Source: Yuukianura sp. NJ FZ-2021 (lineage: Eukaryota). Taken from it: 64,000 nucleotides of DNA. The stretch spans positions 806,001-870,000 of the forward strand of contig JAJCTO010000009.1 of NCBI GenBank assembly GCA_046563655.1. Direction: 5' to 3'. The notes beneath the pieces were generated by a model, which had not been told where the DNA came from, ran no database searches, and saw only the letters and a list, made by a program, of their open reading frames with translations. The position numbers were made by a program, and so were the translations under genes. Position 1 is the stretch's first letter; every line of letters starts with the position of its first letter. Below are positions 27,751-42,200 of this stretch, one piece after another.

Positions 27751-30630
27751 TATTGCTCAAACATAAGTAAACTTACTGTTCTACGGTACTGCAGGCGTTG
27801 AGTCTGAGGGTAGTTACTGGGCCTTCGGGTTGTGTGGACCAAAACTGACGAGGTGAGGTGTTATCTGTTGCTGTTCGTGGAGAGAGAAAGAAAAGACTGC
27901 GTGGACGTGCATTAGATTTACTTGAATTTATACTCTGGTCAATTGTGCGGTTACTTGTCCTCCTAGGAGTTCCGAAAGCTCAAGTGTATTACGCAACTAT
28001 ACCTCGGGCAAACACTGAGACAGTATATTCCAACGCTATGCCAAAAGTTTGAGTCTGGGGTTGAATAGGGTGGAATCGGTCACGCGCCAATCTCCACTCC
28101 CGGGGCTTGCTCTGACCAATGAGCCACCAGGACCCATCGTATATCTTACTGTATCGCAACTACTTGCCCAATCTTTCGTTCCGTCACAACTTGGAAAGAA
28201 GCTGGCTGCCAAATAGTTGTCGAGGCGATTTTCTACGTTTTCTCTAGACTAGACGGGAAATAAGGCTTGATTTCAACAAAATTTTTGCAACCATTTTCAA
28301 AGGGACGAAAACGGTTTTTTTCCCGCTGTGTAAAGTCGAGTTCACACACCAACCGCTAATTTGAATTGAAACAATCGTTTATTTGTTTTTGCGTTCGGTG
28401 TGAAACTGGCTTAAGCGCCATTTTTTCTCTTGGTTACGGGAGATTTTTTGGTTTCAAAACACTCAGGCTTATTTCCCTTCTAAAAATAAAATTCTTGTAA
28501 TCTTGTAACAAGATAGTGTGTATTTAGGACGCGACCACTTCCCTTATGGTAAAGTATACGGATGGTGTGTATAGTTAGCGTGACTACTTTCCAATGCGAG
28601 TACGCGCTAAACAAAAGCAAGACGCTGCAGAAATAAAAAAATGTGAGGAGATTGATGCTAGAATAAAAAAGAGTTAAGAGGTTAAGGCTAAAACCAGAAA
28701 AACATGTCAGGTTATGTTCTTCATCAGGATGGAATGCTGCGTTTGATGATGCGGTTAGCGACGATTTAGGCTTTAACATAAGATCAAAATTCCGTCTCAA
28801 AGTCATAATAAATGGACAGAGCCTAGGAAAATTCTATACTAGAAATTTGCACCGTGGGATACTGTAGAACCGTTGATGCATGTAATTAGGGGCAGTTGGC
28901 ACGAGTCCGCACCGTTTTATGTTGGTAGTAAAGAGAGTGGGGCCAACTTGGCACCAAGTGGGTGGAAATAATTTTAAATATTTTAAATAGCACGCAAACA
29001 GTTCAGAGCTCTATTTAGTTAGCATTTGGCAAAACTTCTTTTGCAACAAGTCCGTTTCCAATAATCGCAGTAACAACATCACCACGCGTAAAACCAATAC
29101 CCAACCCTTGAGCATCGATCTTCCGCGATTATCCACCGACAACACGCCGGGACTGACGGACAGTTTAATTTCACAAATATGTACTATTATGTACATATTT
29201 GTACATTATGTACAAATATGTACGGATTCAAGCTTCCTTGGCAACCTTGTGTCTTCTCTAACAGGTTGCGTAATACCTCCGTTGTTCACCAAAAATAATG
29301 AGAATAACAAAAAATTTATTACCATTATGTCAATGCAAAAATAACTTGGGACCAATAAAAAGAGTTTCGGTTCTCAAAACCGTTTCCGTTCAATTCACAC
29401 GTTAAAAATCGAAGCTCCCAAAATTGTAACCTGTTGCTAACGGTAACGTTTCTTAGTATAATTGTAAGTCCAGTATCAGTGTAGCATTTGAAGTTGGCAT
29501 TGCAGAAACGTTACAGATTGTAACTGGTTCACAACAGAGTTTCCAAACGTCGAACCGGAAATAATTCAAAAATTCATTCGAGTATGGACGTTCATCAGGA
29601 TCGGACACTTGAAATTTAAGGTTTAAAGCTGCAAAATCTAGACATAACATGCTAAAAAAGTCAACCCTGTTCTATTAGCTCATATTGTTTCCGACTGGAA
29701 GTATTTATAAGCAAAAAAAAAATTGAGAAAGTTGGAATTGCTTCATTTACCATTCATTTATATATTTCATATATGACAACGGATTCGTGAAGGTGTGAAC
29801 TAAAAGTGAACTTTCTTTCAGAATTGGAAGAAAACATGAGGTATTACGCAACCTTGAAAGGCAAATTAAATTTATAAACCTTGTACTTGATGTGCAATAT
29901 TTTGGGCCCAATCCAAAGCGGTTAGTGATTTCAGAGTTTGAAAGCTGATTAAAAGAAAATTTCCAACACCATTGTTATGAACCTCTGCGACAATTGAAAG
30001 CAAATAACAGGGTGCGAGTCAGAGTGGGCGGACTGAATTTGCAACATGAATTGAATCATAAGTTTCAAAAATCCTTTGATACTCAAAGTCAATGCGCGCT
30101 AAGTATTAGTTAAAAAAGTTCTTGTCTGAAAGAATACGTTTCACCATTGGAAGAAATTAATGACCAGGAAAACCAGTTTTTTGCAAACTGCTGTATGCTA
30201 CATGTGTGTTATTTTTGTTTTCTGCTTATTTTTTGTCCTCCCTACAGCATCTGTGTCCGAAATCTTTCGTATGGTGGAAATTAATTGCGTAGAATTTGCG
30301 AAGTTGTAAAAACCCCTACTAATAATTACGCAGCAAAAAAGCAAGCAAAAAAGGTTGGACTGTGTGAAGAATAAAGATTACGTTTTTTACTTGATGCGAC
30401 GAGAATGGGAGAGTGAGCTTCCTTGAGTAGGTTGGGGATGAGATTTACGCCCAAATTAACATGCTTTTTGTTGTGTCTGAAACTGGTTTTCGTGTTAAGG
30501 TGTGTCTACTAATCCCATCGTCATGCTTCTGCCGGAGTATGGACATTGTAATGGGATTCAAAATCAAGTAAAATTATGCTTCCTGGACAGGACAACTAGC
30601 TGCGTCTTTAATAAGAAGAAGCAATAACTA

Positions 30631-31984
30631 GGGGAGACCGGGTACGATTGAATCGGGGTGCGATTGAATCAGTCGCGTTAATTCGGTATTGACATGCGCA
30701 AAAAATACCAAAAAATTAACCTAGGCGGGGAACGATCATACCTTTCATTGGCAATTGAGTAAAACGCGCCAGCATTAGTTTGCACTTAGAAATAAATATT
30801 TGTTTATTTTTGATGTCAATTTTGAAACATTTCATGACCTACATAAAATCGCCTAGGGAAGTCAGTTTTGCGAAAATCGAGGTAAGTTATTTGCAAGCAG
30901 CTTACCATAAGTGGCTCGGTTATTGTTTATCATTGGCAATTTTTATAAAAATAATTTACCATATCAACCACTTATTTGAAGATCATCGGGCAGATCGGGG
31001 ACAATTGAATCACGGCATTCGGGTACAATTGAATCATTCTCTGATGTTAGTCATATTCAATTATCTTATTTTATGCAGTTGTTTTTTTCAAGCAGAATGC
31101 CCAGGCAGAGGATCAAAAAAACTTTAAGGGGCTCTGCTACCGATTTGGTAGTTCGTGGAAGCGAAATATGCCTAAATAACTGGACAAACTATTCCACCGC
31201 ATTTCGTGTTTCCTAGAAAGAAGTTTAAGCAACATTTTGTAAACGATGGTCCGGTTGGATTTATTGGGTCCTCAAATGGATCACGGTGGATTCAAGCCGA
31301 AGAATTTTTGGAGTTTGTTAAGTATTTTAAAATGCTTAATACTAGCAATAATACTAGCAATTGCTACTCATGCTCGTGCTTCAACTGTGAGTCAGTCATG
31401 AATTTAAGTTAACCAAAGTAAAGGGTTGTGTTATGTCTATGTGTAATGTTTGTAACAATTTTGTTCAAATTTTCACAGAATAAGAAGGTTCCACTGATAA
31501 TTGATAACCTCGAGTCACATATTTCTGTAGCAACCATAGATTTTTGCAAGAGTAGCGGCATCACGCTTTCACGCTCCTCACCTTTCCACCACACTGTTCT
31601 CACAAGTTGCAGCCGCTGGATAGAACAGTTTGGCCCTTTAAAAAAATTTGTAAACGGAGCGTGCGATTCATTACTAATGCGATAACCTATGACTTATTTA
31701 AATAATAATATATTAGTTAAATCTTAATTAAAACGTACCTGATTCAATCGTACCCGAGTAGTGATTCAATCGTACCCGTGCATGGGTACAATTGACTCAA
31801 AAAAGTGAAGTTAATTAAACTTCGTTATCAGCAAGACTGATAAAATATTCATCAATTAAAAAATTATTATAATGCTGTAATCGTATACCGGTAAGTGTGC
31901 CATCTTCACAAATTAAATTACTACAACGGCCTAGCCGGAAACAAATCAAATGTAAAAAGTGATTCAATTGTACCCGGTCTCCCC
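30631..31984 (+). mobile_element. Defective pogo/Tigger-like (Tc1-mariner superfamily) DNA transposon nested in the LTR element
   Basis: TIRs GGGGAGACCGGGTACGATTGAATC / GATTCAATTGTACCCGGTCTCCCC flanked by TA on both sides. Repeated subterminal GGGTACRATTGAATC motifs. DDE_1-type fragments inside. Confidence 0.9.
31200..31685 (+). pseudogene. pogo-like DDE transposase fragments
   Basis: FPRKKFKQHFVNDGPVGFIG...W...FLEF and LIIDNLESHIS...FCK...FGPLKK, typical of DDE_1 pogo transposases. Frameshifted and interrupted. Confidence 0.8.
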
Positions 31985-32836
31985 TACTACAAAAAAAAAC
32001 AGATTCAAGAATTTTTCCTCGACGCAGTTTTTCGTAAGTCTAGAACCACAAAGGTCACGAAGTGGTCTCCTGAAATTTTTACGCTTTCACTCTCGCTTCT
32101 GCGTGATTTTCATGGTTCGTCGCAAGACGCAACAGCGGATCGTACGCTGATATAACGCAGTAAAAAAAATGTGTGGGCAGGCTAACTATTGTTTCATTGA
32201 AAATAATGGCAAATTAATGGTGTAACTTAACCCGATACTTAAGTTGTGAATCCCTTACTCACACATTAAATTTCGATGGTAATTAACCCTAATACAGCTA
32301 ACTGAAGAGCTTGGTTATGTTAGTCATGCCTTTTAGGGTTGAGTGAAACAAGTGTAGGTCCCATTGTAACCATCCCCGCGATTGGAAGCAATTTATGTTA
32401 GGGCAATAGCTGGATCTGCTGTACAGACTTAATTGTAACCAAATTTGTTGTCTCGCAATATTATTTGAATTTAGTAAAATAAATTTGGAAATTTATATCG
32501 GAATAAACTATGGCGGACAGGTTATATGTGTAAAATCTGCATGAATTTGCGTTCTGCCCTTAGCATGTCGGGTGTAAAACTTTGCGCGGATGTTATCAAA
32601 GTGCGCATAAGGTTTTATAACGTTGACGGCATGGAACCAAAGTTCTTGACCAATTTCTGAAAACACTATGGCTGAATAGGTTCTGCTATTTGAAATCTGC
32701 ATGGAGTTGCCTTAAGGGGTTGGCTGCTTGTGGTTTTGGTTTTGTAGGTTGCGCAATGATAATTACTACTATAACGAAAAAAAAACGTACCCTACAGTAC
32801 CTGTTGTTGCATTACCTTAACTGGGCAAGAAAGTCG

Positions 32837-32853
32837 ATCCGGTCGAAGGGCCA
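32837..32853 (-). promoter_or_regulatory. Primer binding site, tRNA-Tyr-like
   Basis: Minus strand TGGCCCTTCGACCGGAT, 4 nt after the LTR. Close to the complement of the eukaryotic tRNA-Tyr 3' end (TGGTCCTTCGAGCCGGAT) with one substitution and one gap. Confidence 0.75.
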
Positions 32854-32857
32854 TTTA

Positions 32858-33290
32858 TGTGACCTCACAGCCAGGGTGAACCTGGACATGGGTCACACAC
32901 GTCGCCGCTTGGTCGGCGGTCTACTGGTTCGTCGACCTCTGTGCCCAGGTCCGAACACCACCGAAGTGGCGCAGGCCCTGGGTGCCAGCTCTAAGAATCG
33001 TGGCTGAGGAATATGGCTGAACGCTGTCAAAAGGAAAGTCGTAGACGAAGGCAAAGTGTGGCTACGTTCCTTTATTGTCTCTAGAATCTCCCTACTCCAG
33101 TGACTGGACTCCGCCGTGACTCTCGGTCGGAAGAGGAACCATCTGGAAGATAGTTCCTCCTCGACCAAGCGCTCATCACTCACTGACTGACCATCGGGAT
33201 ATGACTGAGAACCTAGCCTCATCCCGAGTGCCGTCACCCACCTCTGCTTGGAGACAAAGTGAGGAATCCCGCCCGGCGGGGTTACTCACA
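32858..33290 (-). repeat. 5' LTR (433 bp)
   Basis: TGTGACCTCA...TTACTCACA, followed on the minus strand by the PBS. Confidence 0.96.
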
Positions 33291-36200
33291 GCAACAAGTG
33301 CATAAATCTAACTGTCATTTTGGTATAAACTAATGTGGGAACTATACAACGAAGTTTTAAGCATACCGAAAAATGGAATTTATGCCTTGTTATCGCTTAT
33401 AACCATGTTCATGGAACGCATCTAATACCGGTCCACTTTGTCGTTGTGCATCAAAGACTATTACACACGGTGAACCACTTGTTGTCAGCCTTCATCTTTG
33501 AGCTCAAAGGAGAAGTGCCGGTGAAATGACAAGCTCGCCCTCACTACAAATAACAACCAGTACTCATTTTGACACCATGATACACAATAACTCCGACGGC
33601 AATGGAGCTTCAGGGGATCCCATCATTACATTTTCTAAATCAAAATCGAACATTCCGCATTATTTGTTATTTTGATTAAAATTGTTAGGAAAGACTTTTT
33701 TATGTCATACTACCACCTTGCACTTCCAACAAAACACACCTGAATAACTGGTGTTCAACAATAATCTGGAATTATATTTTAGCTCAGCTCCACTATGCAA
33801 CAAGTGCATAAATCTAACTGTCATTTTGGTATAAACTAATGTAGGAACTATACAACGAAGTTTTAAACATACTGAAAAATGGAATTTATGCCTTGTTATC
33901 GCTTATAACCATCTTCATGGAACGCATCTAATACCGGTCCACTTTGTCGTTGTGCATCAAAGACTATTACACACGGTGAACCACTTGTTGTCAGCCTTCA
34001 TCTTTGAGCTCAAAGGAGAAGTGCCGGTGAAATGACAAGCTCGCCCTCACTAAAAATAACAACCAGTACTCATTTTGACACCATGATACACAATAACTCC
34101 GACGGCAATGGAGCTTCAGGGGATCCCATCATTACATTTTCTAAATCAAAATCGAACATTCCGCATTATTTGTTATTTTGATTAAAATTGTTAGGAAAGA
34201 CTTTTTTATGTCATACTACCACCTTGCACTTCCAACAAAACACACCTGAATAACTGGTGTTCAACAATAATCTGGAATTATATTTTAGCCCAACTCCACT
34301 ATGCAACAAGTGCATAAATCTAACTGTCATTTTGGTATAAACTAATGTAGGAACTATACAACGAAGTTTTAAACATACTGAAAAATGGAATTTATGCCTT
34401 GTTATCGCTTATAACCATCTTCATGGAACGCATCTAATACCGGTCCACTTTGTTGTAGTGCATCAACGACTATTACACACGGTGAACCACTTGTTGTCAG
34501 CCTTCATCTTTGGGCACAAAGGAGAAGTGCCGGTGAAATGACAAGCTCGCCCTCACTGCAGATACCAACCAGTACTCATTTTGACACTATGAATCACAAT
34601 GACTCAGACGGCAACTGAACTTCAGGGGAAATCCCATTATTAAGTTTTCTAAATCAAAATCGAACATTTAGCATTATTTGTTATTTTGATTAAAATTTTT
34701 AGGAAAATGCTTTTTTATGTCATACTACCACCTTGCACTTCCAATAAAGCACACCTGAATAACTGGTGCTCAACACTAATCTGGAATTATATTTTAGCCC
34801 AACTCCACTATGCAACAAGTGCATAAATCTAACTGTCATTTTGGTATAAACTAATGTGGGAACTATACAACGAAGTTTTAAACATACTGAAAAATGGAAT
34901 TTATGCCTTGTTATCGCTTCTAACCATCTTCAGGGAACGCATCTAATACCGGCCCACTTTGTCGTTGTGCATCAACGACTATTACACACGGTGAACCACT
35001 TGTTGTCAGCCTTCATCTTTGAGCTCAAAGGAGAAGTGCCGGTGAAATGACAAGCTCGCCCTCACTACAGATACCAACCAGTACTCATTTGGACACTATG
35101 AATCACAATGACTCAGACGGCAACTGAACTTCAGGGGAAATCCCATTATTAAGTTTTCTAAATCAAAATCGAACATTTAGCATTATTTGTTATTTTGATT
35201 AAAATTTTTAGAAATACTTTTTTATGTCATACTACCACCTTGCACTTCCAATAAAGCACACCTGAATAACTGGTGTTCAACAATAATCTGGAATTATATT
35301 TTAGCCCAACTCCACTATGCAACAAGTGCATAAATCTAACTGTCATTTTGGTATAAACTAATGTGGGAACTATACAACGAAGTTTTAAACATACTGAAAA
35401 ATGGAATTTATGCCTTGTTATCGCTTATAACCATCTTCATGGAACGCATCTAATACCGGTCCACTTTGTCGTAGTGCATCAACGACTATTACACACGGTG
35501 AACCACTTGTTGTCAGCCTTCATCTTTGAGCTCAAAGGAGAAGTGCCGGTGAAATGACAAGCTCGCCCTCACTACAAATAACAACCAGTACTCATTTTGA
35601 CACCATGATACACAATAACTCCGACGGCAATGCAGCTTCAGGGGATCCCATCATTACATTTTCTAAATCAAAATCGAACATTCCGCATTATTTGTTATTT
35701 TGATTAAAATTGTTAGGAAAGACTTTTTTATGTCATACTACCACCTTGCACTTCCAACAAAACACACCTGAATAACTGGTGTTCAACAATAATCTGGAAT
35801 TATATTTTAGCTCAGCTCCACTATGCAACAAGTGCATAAATCTAACTGTCATTTTGGTATAAACTAATGTAGGAACTATACAACGAAGTTTTAAACATAC
35901 TGAAAAATGGAATTTATGCCTTGTTATCGCTTATAACCATCTTCATGGAACGCATCTAATACCGGTCCACTTTGTCGTAGTGCATCAACGACTATTACAC
36001 ACGGTGAACCACTTGTTGTCAGCCTTCATCTTTGAGCACAAAGGAGAAGTGCCGGTGAAATGACAAGCTCGCCCTCACTGCAGATACCAACCAGTACTCA
36101 TTTTGACACTATGAATCACAATGACTCAGACGGCAACTGAACTTCAGGGGAAATCCCATTATTAAGTTTTCTAAATCAAAATCGAACATTCAGCATTAAT

Positions 36201-39200
36201 TGTTATTTTGATTAAAAGTTTTAGGAAATACTTTTTTATGTCATACTTCCAATAAAGCACACCTGAGTAACTGGTGTTCAACAATAATCTGGAATTATAT
36301 TTTAGCCCAACTCCACTATGCAACAAATGCATTAATCTAACCGTCATTTAGGTTTAACTAATGTGTGAACAATACAACGAAATTTTAAACATACTGAAAA
36401 ATGGAATTTATGCCTTGTTATCGCTTATAACCATCTTCATGGAACGCATCTAATACCGGTCCACTTTGTCGTAGTGCATCAACGACTATTACACACGGTG
36501 AACCACTTGTTGTCAGCCTTCATCTTTGAGCTCAAAGGAGAAGTGCCGGTGAAATGACAAGCTCGCCCTCACTACAGATACCAACCGGTACTCATTTTGA
36601 CACTGTGAATCACAATGACTCAGACGGCAACTGAAGTTCAGGGGAAATCCCATTATTACATTTTCTAAATCAAAATCGAACATTCCGCAGTGTTTGTTAT
36701 TTTGATTAAAATTGTTAGGAAAGACTTTTTTATGTCATACTACCACCTTGCACTTTCCAATAAAGCACACCTGAGTAACTGGTGTTCAACAATAATCTGG
36801 AATTATATTTTAGCCCAACTCCACTATGCAACAAGTGCATAAATCTAACTGTCATTTTGGTATAAACTAATGTGGGAACTATACAACGAAATTTTAAACA
36901 TACTGAAAAATGGAATTTATGCCTTGTTATCGCTTATAACCATCTTCATGGAACGCATCTAATACCGGTCCACTTTGTCGTAGTGCATCAACGACTATTA
37001 CACACGGTGAACCACTTGTTGTCAGCCTTCATCTTTGAGCTCAAAGGAGAAGTGCCGGTGAAATGACAAGCTCGCCCTCACTACAAATAACAACCAGTAC
37101 TCATTTTGACACCATGATACACAATGACTCCGACGGCAATGGAGCTTCAGGGGAATCCCATTATTACATTTTCTAAATCAAAATCGAACATTCCGCATTA
37201 TTTGTTATTTTGATTAAAATTGTTAGGAAACACTTTTTTATGTCATACTACCACCTTGCACTTCCAACAAAACACACCTGAATAACTAACTGGTGCTCAA
37301 CACTAATCTGGAATTATGTTTTAGCCCAACTCCACTATGCAACAAGTGCATAAATCTAACTGTCATTTTGGTATAAACTAATGTGGGAACTATACAACGA
37401 AGTTTTAAACATACCGAAAAATGGAATTTATGCCTTGTTATCGCTTATAACCATGTTCATGGAACGCATCTAATACCGGTCCACTTTGTCGTTGTGCATC
37501 AAAGACTATTACACACGGTGAACCACTTGTTGTCAGCCTTCATCTTTGAGCTCAAAGGAGAAGTGCCGGTGAAATGACAAGCTCGCCCTCACTACAAATA
37601 ACAACCAGTACTCATTTTGACACAATGATACACAATGACTCCGACGGCAATGGAGCTTCAGGGGATCCCATCATTACATTTTCTAAATCAAAATCGAACA
37701 TTCCGCATTATTTGTTATTTTGATTAAAATTGTTAGGAAAGACTTTTTTATGTCATACTACCACCTTGCACTTCCAACAAAACACACCTGAATAACTGGT
37801 GTTCAACAATAATCTGGAATTATATTTTAGCTCAGCTCCACTATGCAACAAGTGCATAAATCTAACTGTCATTTTGGTATAAACTAATGTAGGAACTATA
37901 CAACGAAGTTTTAAACATACTGAAAAATGGAATTTATGCCTTGTTATCGCTTATAACCATCTTCATGGAACGCATCTAATACCGGTCCACTTTGTTGTAG
38001 TGCATCAACGACTATTACACACGGTGAACCACTTGTTGTCAGCCTTCATCTTTGGGCACAAAGGAGAAGTGCCGGTGAAATGACAAGCTCGCCCTCACTG
38101 CAGATACCAACCAGTACTCATTTTGACACTATGAATCACAATGACTCAGACGGCAACTGAACTTCAGGGGAAATCCCATTATTAAGTTTTCTAAATCAAA
38201 ATCGAACATTTAGCATTATTTGTTATTTTGATTAAAATTTTTAGAAAATACTTTTTTATGTCATACTACCACCTTGCACTTCCAATAAAGCACACCTGAA
38301 AAACTGGTGTTCAACACTAATCTGGAATTATATTTTAGCCCAACTCCACTATGCAACAAGTGCATAAATCTGACTGTCATTTTGGTATAAACTAATGTGG
38401 GAACTATACAACGAAGTTTTAAGCATACCGAAAAATGGAATTTATGCCTTGTTATCGCTTATAACCATGTTCATGGAACGCATCTAATACCGGTCCACTT
38501 TGTCGTTGTGCATCAAAGACTATTACACACGGTGAACCACTTGTTGTCAGCCTTCATCTTTGAGCTCAAAGGAGAAGTGCCGGTGAAATGACAAGCTCGC
38601 CCTCACTGCAGATACCAACCAGTACTCATTTTGACACTATGAATCACAATGACTCAGACGGCAACTGAACTTCAGGGGAAATCCCATTATTAAGTTTTCT
38701 AAATCAAAATCGAACATTTAGCATTATTTGTTATTTTGATTAAAATTTTTAGAAAATACTTTTTTATGTCATACTACCACCTTGCACTTCCAATAAAGCA
38801 CACCTGAAAAACTGGTGTTCAACACTAATCTGGAATTATATTTTAGCCCAACTCCACTATGCAACAAGTGCATAAATCTGACTGTCATTTTGGTATAAAC
38901 TAATGTGGGAACTATACAACGAAGTTTTAAGCATACTGAAAAATGGAATTTATGCCTTGTTATCGCTTATAACTATCTTCATGGAACGCATCTAATACCG
39001 GTCCACTTTGTCGTAGTGCATCAACGACTTATACACACGATGAACCACTTGTTGTCAGCCTTCATCTTTGAGCTCAAAGGAGAAGTGCCGGTGAAATGAC
39101 AAGCTCGCCCTCACTACAAATAACAACCAGTACTCATTTTGACACTATGAATACACAATGACTCCGACGGCAATGCAGCTTCAGGGGATCCCATCATTAC

Positions 39201-42200
39201 ATTTTCTAAATCAAAATCGAACATTCCGCATTATTTGTTATTTTGATTAAAATTGTTAGGAAAGACTTTTTTATGTCATACTACCACCTTGCACTTCCAA
39301 CAAAACACACCTGAATAACTGGTGTTCAACAATAATCTGGAATTATATTTTAGCTCAGCTCCACTATGCAACAAGTGCATAAATCTAACTGTCATTTTGG
39401 TATAAACTAATGTAGGAACTATACAACGAAGTTTTAAACATACTGAAAAGTGGAATTTATGCCTTGTTATCGCTTATAACCATCTTCATGGAACGCATCT
39501 AATACCGGTCCTTTTTGTTGTAGTGCATCAACGACTATTACACACGGTGAACCACTTGTTGTCAGCCTTCATCTTTGAGCAGAAAGGAAAAGTGCCGGTG
39601 AAATGACAAGCTCGCCCTCACTACAGATACCAACCAGTACTCATTTTGACACTATGAATCACAATGACTCAGACGGCAACTGAACTTCAGGGGAAATCCC
39701 ATTATTACATTTTCTAAATCAAAATCGAACATTCATCATTATTTGTTATTTTGATTAAAATTTTTAGGAAATACTTTTTTATGTCATACTACCACCTTGC
39801 ACTTTCAATAAAGCACACCTGAGTAACTGGTGTTCAACAATAATCTGGAATTTATTTTAGCCCAACTCCACTATGCAACAAATGCATTAATCTAACCGTC
39901 ATTTAGGTTTAACTAATGTGTGAACAATACAACGAAATTTTAAACATACTGAAAAATGGAATTTATGCCTTGTTATCGCTTATAACCATCTTCATGGAAC
40001 GCATCTAATACCGGTCCACTTTGTCGTAGTGCATCAACGACTATTACACACGGTGAACCACTTGTTGTCAGCCTTCATCTTTGAGCTCAAAGGAGAAGTG
40101 CCGGTGAAATGACAAGCTCGCCCTCACTACAGATACCAACCAGTACTCATTTTGACACTATGAATCACAATGACTCAGACGGCAACTGAACTTCAGGGGA
40201 AATCCCATTATTACATTTTCTAAATCAAAATCGAACATTCAGCATTATTTGTTATTTTGATTAAAATTGTTAGGAAAGACTTTTTTATGTCATACTACCA
40301 CCTTGCACTTTCAATAAAGCACACCTGAGTAACTGATGTTCAACAATAATCTGGAATTATATTTTACCCCAACTCCACTATGCAACAAATGCATTAATCT
40401 AACCGTCATTTAGGTTTAACTAATGTGTGAACAATACAACGAAATTTTAAACATACTGAAAAATGGAATTTATGCCTTGTTATCGCTTATAACCATCTTC
40501 ATGGAACGCATCTAATACCGGTCCACTTTGTCGTAGTGCATCAACGACTATTACACACGGTGAACCACTTGTTGTCAGCCTTCATCTTTGAGCTCAAAGG
40601 AGAAGTGCCGGTGAAATGACAAGCTCGCCCTCACTACAAATACCAACCAGTACTCATTTTGACACCATGATACACAATGACTCCGACGGCAATGGAACTT
40701 CAGGGGAAATCCCATTATTACATTTTCTAAATCAAAATCGAACATTCCGCATTATTTGTTATTTTGATTAAAATTGTTAGGAAAGACTTTTTATGTCATA
40801 CTACCACCTTGCACTTCCAACAAAACACACCTGAATAACTAACTGGTGCTCAACAATAATCTGGAATTATATTTTAGCCCAACTCCACTATGCAACAAGT
40901 GCATAAATCTAACTGTCATTTTGGTATAAACTAATGTGGGAACTATACAACGAAGTTTTAAACATACTGAAAAATGGAATTTATGCCTTGTTATCGCTTA
41001 TAACCATCTTCATGGAACGCATCTAATACCGGTCCACTTTGTCGTAGTGCATCAACGACTATTACACACGGTGAACCACTTGTTGTCAGCCTTCATCTTT
41101 GGGCACAAAGGAGAAGTGCCGGTGAAATGACAAGCTCGCCCTCACTACAGATACCAACCAGTACTCATTTTGACACTATGAATCACAATGACTCAGACGG
41201 CAAATGAACTTCAGGGGAAATCCCATTATTACATTTTCTAAATCAAAATCGAACATTCAGCATTATTTGTTATTTTGATTAAAATTTGTTGGAAATACTT
41301 TTTTATGTCATACTACCACCTTGCACTTTCAATAAAGCACACCTGAGTAACTGGTGTTCAACAATAATCTGGAATTTATTTTAGCCCAACTCCAGTATGC
41401 AACAAGTGCATAAATCTAACTGTCATTTTGGTATAAACTAATGTGTGAACAATACAACGAAATTTTAAACATACTGAAAAATGGAATTTATGCCTTGTTA
41501 TCGCTTATAACCATCTTCATGGAACGCATCTAATACCGGTCCACTTTGTCGTAGTGCATCAACGACTATTACACACGGTGAACCACTTGTTGTCAGCCTT
41601 CATCTTTGAGCTCAAAGGAGAAGTGCCGGTGAAATGACAAGCTCGCCCTCACTACAGATACCAACCAGTACTCATTTTGACACTGTGAATCACAATGACT
41701 CAGACGGCAACTGAACTTCAGGGGAAATCCCATTATTACATTTTCTAAATCAAAATCGAACATTCAGCATTATTTGTTATTTTGATTAAAATTTTTAGAA
41801 AATACTTTTTTATGTCATACTACCACCTTGCACTTCCAATAAAGCACACCTGAATAACTGGTGTTCAACACTAATCTGGAATTATATTTTAGCCCAACTC
41901 CACTATGCAACAAGTGCATAAATCTAACTGTCATTTTGGTATAAACTAATGTGGGAACTATACAACGAAGTTTTAAACATACCGAAAAATGGAATTTATG
42001 CCTTGTTATCGCTTATAACCATGTTCATGGAACGCATCTAATACCGGTCCACTTTGTCGTAGTGCATCAACGACTATTACACACGGTGAACCACTTGTTG
42101 TCAGCCTTCATCTTTGAGCTCAAAGGAGAAGTGCCGGTGAAATGACAAGCTCGCCCTCACTACAAATACCAACCAGTACTCATTTTGACACCATGAATCA

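Larger units (their letters stand above)
22425..33290 (-). mobile_element. Non-autonomous LTR retrotransposon inserted in the satellite
   Basis: Two 433 bp direct repeats with TGT...ACA ends. 5 bp TSD GCAAC at 22420-22424 and 33291-33295. PBS, PPT, AATAAA and gag are all on the minus strand. Confidence 0.96.

Noticed and set aside
28335..28415. PIF/Harbinger-like MITE ends (TTCACAC...GGTGTGAAACTGGC-TTAA)
   Set aside because: The inverted match is short and imperfect and no matching TSD is seen.
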